From Anaerolineae bacterium (lineage in GTDB: Bacteria > Chloroflexota > Anaerolineae > S140-20), in the NCBI GenBank assembly GCA_027021705.1, contig JALUTT010000014.1, positions 1-18,015 of the forward strand: DNA of 18,015 bases, given 5' to 3'. Below the pieces are notes generated by a model. It was not told the DNA's origin, made no database searches, and saw nothing but the letters and a program-made list of their open reading frames with translations. The translations under genes were made by a program, and so were the position numbers. Shown here one piece after another: positions 16,091 through 18,015 of the stretch (positions within the stretch are counted from its first letter, which is position 1; each line of letters opens with the position of its first letter).

Positions 16091-16507
16091 ATGAAGCGTG
16101 CAGGGGCTTTCTATCAACTGGTCTATCATTTCACCTGGAGCACCAAAAACCGCCTTCCCCTGATCACAAAGGAAGTCAGGCCGCGTTTGTATGCGTACAT
16201 CGGTCATAAATGCAAGGAACTGGGCTACCGCTTGTACGCTGTTGGCGGAACCGAAGACCACATCCATGTGTTGCTGAGCCTGCGCCCCACGGACGTGGTT
16301 GCCGACGTAGCCCGCCGTCTGAAGGGTGCTTCATCGCACTACATCAATCACGAAAGCGGCCTGGATGCCACGTTGTACTGGCAGGACGGCTATGGTGTAG
16401 TCACATTGCGCCACGCAGAAATCCCAAAGGTTGTACAATACATTCGCAATCAACAGGAACATCACCGCAAAAAGATATTGATGGAGGCCTTGGAGCCAGG
16501 AAGCTGA
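16091..16507 (+). CDS. tnpA: IS200/IS605-family HUH (Y1) transposase, stand-alone, RAYT-like (138 aa)
   Basis: YHFTWSTKNR, DHIH (HUH motif), LKGASS, WQDGYG and YIRNQQEHH (catalytic Tyr with YxxxQ). ATG 16091 follows GAAGGG; no tnpB downstream. Confidence 0.93.
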   Translation: MKRAGAFYQLVYHFTWSTKNRLPLITKEVRPRLYAYIGHKCKELGYRLYAVGGTEDHIHVLLSLRPTDVVADVARRLKGASSHYINHESGLDATLYWQDGYGVVTLRHAEIPKVVQYIRNQQEHHRKKILMEALEPGS

Positions 16508-16524
16508 AGAACCCTTTTTCAAGG

Positions 16525-16614
16525 ATTCTGCTCAATCCGCTCTCCCAATCCGTTGACAGCAGTCCGTTAGGGAGCGGATAGCTGTCAGCGGATTCGGGAA
16601 CGGATTGAGCGGAT
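16525..16614. repeat. palindromic repeat family 2, inverted arms just after tnpA
   Basis: The arm ...CTCAATCCGCTCTCCCAATCCGTTGACAGC (to 16560) and the arm GCTGTCAGCGGATTCGGGAACGGATTGAGCGGAT (16581-16614) are imperfect reverse complements. The same arms recur at 17704-18015. Confidence 0.9.
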
Positions 16615-16730
16615 TTGGAGCGGATGGCCGTCGGTGGATGGGGGGCCACGACTGCCAAAGCGGCCAATCGAAATCCGGGTTTTCGTACCGCTTTGTGTCC
16701 TTTGAGCCCTTGGTGTCCTTCGTGTTCCCC
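16597..16730. repeat. 134-bp direct repeat, left copy
   Basis: GGAACGGATTGAGCGG...CGTGTTCCCC, identical to 17537-17670 at 132 of 134 positions. Confidence 0.97.
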
Positions 16731-16745
16731 TAATCTGCTGCCCCG

Positions 16746-17201
16746 CTATCGCGCTACCCAATCCCCTAGTTGAAAGTCTTCGGCAAAAGGGTTCACGAAG
16801 CGGACTCCTTCTGTCACTTGACCTACGTTGAAGTCCTCGCTGAAAACAACCGGGATCTGGTTCAGTCGCGCCGCAGCCCATATCTGGGCGTCCCAAAAGT
16901 TGAACTGATGGTCACGCACGCCACGCGCCGCCTCCAGGACGATCATGCCGGTCACGTCCAGCACGGTCCAGCTCTGGAGGTAGTTCTTCACCCGATCGTA
17001 GGCCTCCGCCATGGACAGGGGAGCAGGAATCTTGCGGGTGATGGCGACAAAAAACTCGGCGAGCACCTGGGTGCTGATCACACCTGCTCCGCTGACCGCC
17101 AGGTGATCCAGGACTTCCAGGGCACGCCGTTGCTTCTCGGGCTCCGAGCGGTCGTAGGCATAGACCAGGACGTTGGTGTCCACCAGCACCCTATCGGTCA
17201 T
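16746..17201 (-). CDS. vapC: PIN-domain VapC-family toxin (151 aa)
   Basis: VLVDTNVLVYA, ISTQVLAEF, NFWDAQIWAAA and VFSEDF show the acidic PIN active-site residues. Confidence 0.93.
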   Translation of the reverse strand: MTDRVLVDTNVLVYAYDRSEPEKQRRALEVLDHLAVSGAGVISTQVLAEFFVAITRKIPAPLSMAEAYDRVKNYLQSWTVLDVTGMIVLEAARGVRDHQFNFWDAQIWAAARLNQIPVVFSEDFNVGQVTEGVRFVNPFAEDFQLGDWVAR

Positions 17202-17448
17202 ACAGGTCCTCCCGCCGCCAGGCCCGTTTGCCGGGCACAGGCCCCTGCTGGATCAGGCTCTGGATGAACGCCCGCTCCTTTTCCCAGGCTGTCAGGTCAC
17301 GCCGGGGGAAACGCAATACCCGGGTATGTTGGTCAATGGCCCGACGGATGATCTCGGCCTCGGTGATGCCTTGCTCCCGTGCCAGCCGTTTGAGGATCGC
17401 CTCTTGATGGGGTTCGATGTACACCTGCTTGCGCACCTTGGTGGCCAT
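17191..17448 (-). CDS. ribbon-helix-helix (CopG-like) antitoxin, VapB role (85 aa)
   Basis: MATKVRKQVYIEPHQEAILKRLAREQGITEAEIIRRAID is an RHH pattern, and the protein ends WRREDLYDR. RBS GAGGAGG precedes ATG 17448; it overlaps the vapC start by 11 nt. Confidence 0.88.
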   Translation of the reverse strand: MATKVRKQVYIEPHQEAILKRLAREQGITEAEIIRRAIDQHTRVLRFPRRDLTAWEKERAFIQSLIQQGPVPGKRAWRREDLYDR

Positions 17449-17483
17449 GTTACCGTCTTCCTCCTCGTTCACGATCCGCCTTG

Positions 17484-17519
17484 TACATCACATTATACAT
17501 CATCTTGCCGGGCCGTCAA
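17484..17519 (-). promoter_or_regulatory. vapBC promoter with candidate operator repeats
   Basis: Minus strand TTGACG (17519-17514), 16 bp spacer, TATAAT (17497-17492). TGATGTA occurs twice (17502-17496 and 17490-17484), straddling the -10 box. Confidence 0.75.
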
Positions 17520-17536
17520 GGTTGCCTGCCGAAGCA

Positions 17537-17670
17537 GGAACGGATTGAGCGGATTTGGAGCGGATGGCCGCCGGAGGATGGGGGGCCACGACTGCCAAAG
17601 CGGCCAATCGAAATCCGGGTTTTCGTACCGCTTTGTGTCCTTTGAGCCCTTGGTGTCCTTCGTGTTCCCC
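17537..17670. repeat. 134-bp direct repeat, right copy
   Basis: 940 bp downstream of the left copy. It differs only at tcggtgg vs ccggagg (2 positions). Confidence 0.97.
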
Positions 17671-17703
17671 ACCGGGGCCGGATCGAGTAGCTGTCAGCAG
17701 ATA

Positions 17704-18015
17704 GCTGTCAGCGGATTCAGGAACGGATTGAGCGGATGAGAGGGCACCCTCTCCGTTCAATCCGCTCCCTCAATCCGTTGACAGCAATCCGTTGGGGAGC
17801 GGATGGCTGTCAACGGATTTGAGAACGGATTGAGCGGATGGAAGAGCACCCCTATCCGTTCAATCCGCTCCCCTAATCCGTTGACAGCAATCCGTTGACA
17901 GCAATCCGTTGACAGCAGTCCGTTGGGGAGCGGATGGCTGTCAACGGATTTGAGAACGGATTGAGCGGATGGAAGAGCACCCCCATCCGTTCAATCCGCT
18001 CCCCTAATCCGTTGA
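17704..18015. repeat. palindromic repeat family 2 array (REPIN-like inverted doublets), running off the window end
   Basis: Left arms of the type GCTGTCAACGGATTTGAGAACGGATTGAGCGGAT at 17704, 17806 and 17937. Right arms of the type ATCCGTTCAATCCGCTCCCCTAATCCGTTGACAGC at ~17751, 17854 and 17985. AATCCGTTGACAGC is triplicated at 17875-17916. Confidence 0.95.

Noticed and set aside
14201..16267. Long ORFs across the array (e.g. 14227..16089 -, 14271..15953 -, 14239..15474 +, 14799..16016 +)
   Set aside because: They are open in several frames on both strands because the GC-rich unit has few stops. Unit lengths are mostly not multiples of 3, so the peptides cycle through frames. Conservation follows hairpin symmetry, not codons.
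12492..16507. Functional coupling between DarT (ssDNA modifier) and the hairpin array/HUH transposase (ssDNA enzyme)
   Set aside because: Only proximity supports it. They are separated by decayed unrelated genes and nothing in the sequence links them.
16508..16745. tnpB/iscB or omega-RNA downstream of tnpA
   Set aside because: No RuvC or zinc-finger ORF follows; the region consists of family-2 repeats and the 134-bp repeat.
16597..17670. Integron attC sites flanking vapBC
   Set aside because: I could not identify the RYYYAAC...GTTRRRY ends with a paired bottom-strand structure, and no integron integrase is in the window.

Overview
High-GC bacterial window; the gene content suggests Chloroflexota/Anaerolineae, but that is inference only. 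The left 12 kb looks mostly like ordinary chromosome: the 3' end of a DDE transposase, a tandem-HTH XRE regulator, a TVP38/DedA membrane protein, a GalT/HIT-like protein, and a rightward run of penicillin acylase - large GH13 glycosidase - second penicillin acylase. The right 6 kb (12170-18015) is a rearranged defence/toxin-antitoxin hotspot. (i) A probable type IIG restriction-modification gene survives only as an N-terminal stump plus two copies of its 3' tail, which bracket an intact, AT-richer darT-darG(macrodomain) fusion. (ii) An ATPase/DUF4276-like pair is collapsed by deletion. (iii) A 16-unit tandem array of 106-112 bp triple-hairpin repeats with shuffled alleles abuts a stand-alone IS200-like HUH (Y1, RAYT-like) transposase. 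(iv) A self-promoted vapBC module sits between 134-bp near-identical direct repeats, embedded in a second, unrelated palindromic repeat family. The best candidates for an undescribed system are the HUH transposase plus hairpin array and the two repeat-bounded cassette architectures. All family assignments come from motif recognition by eye, not from database searches.
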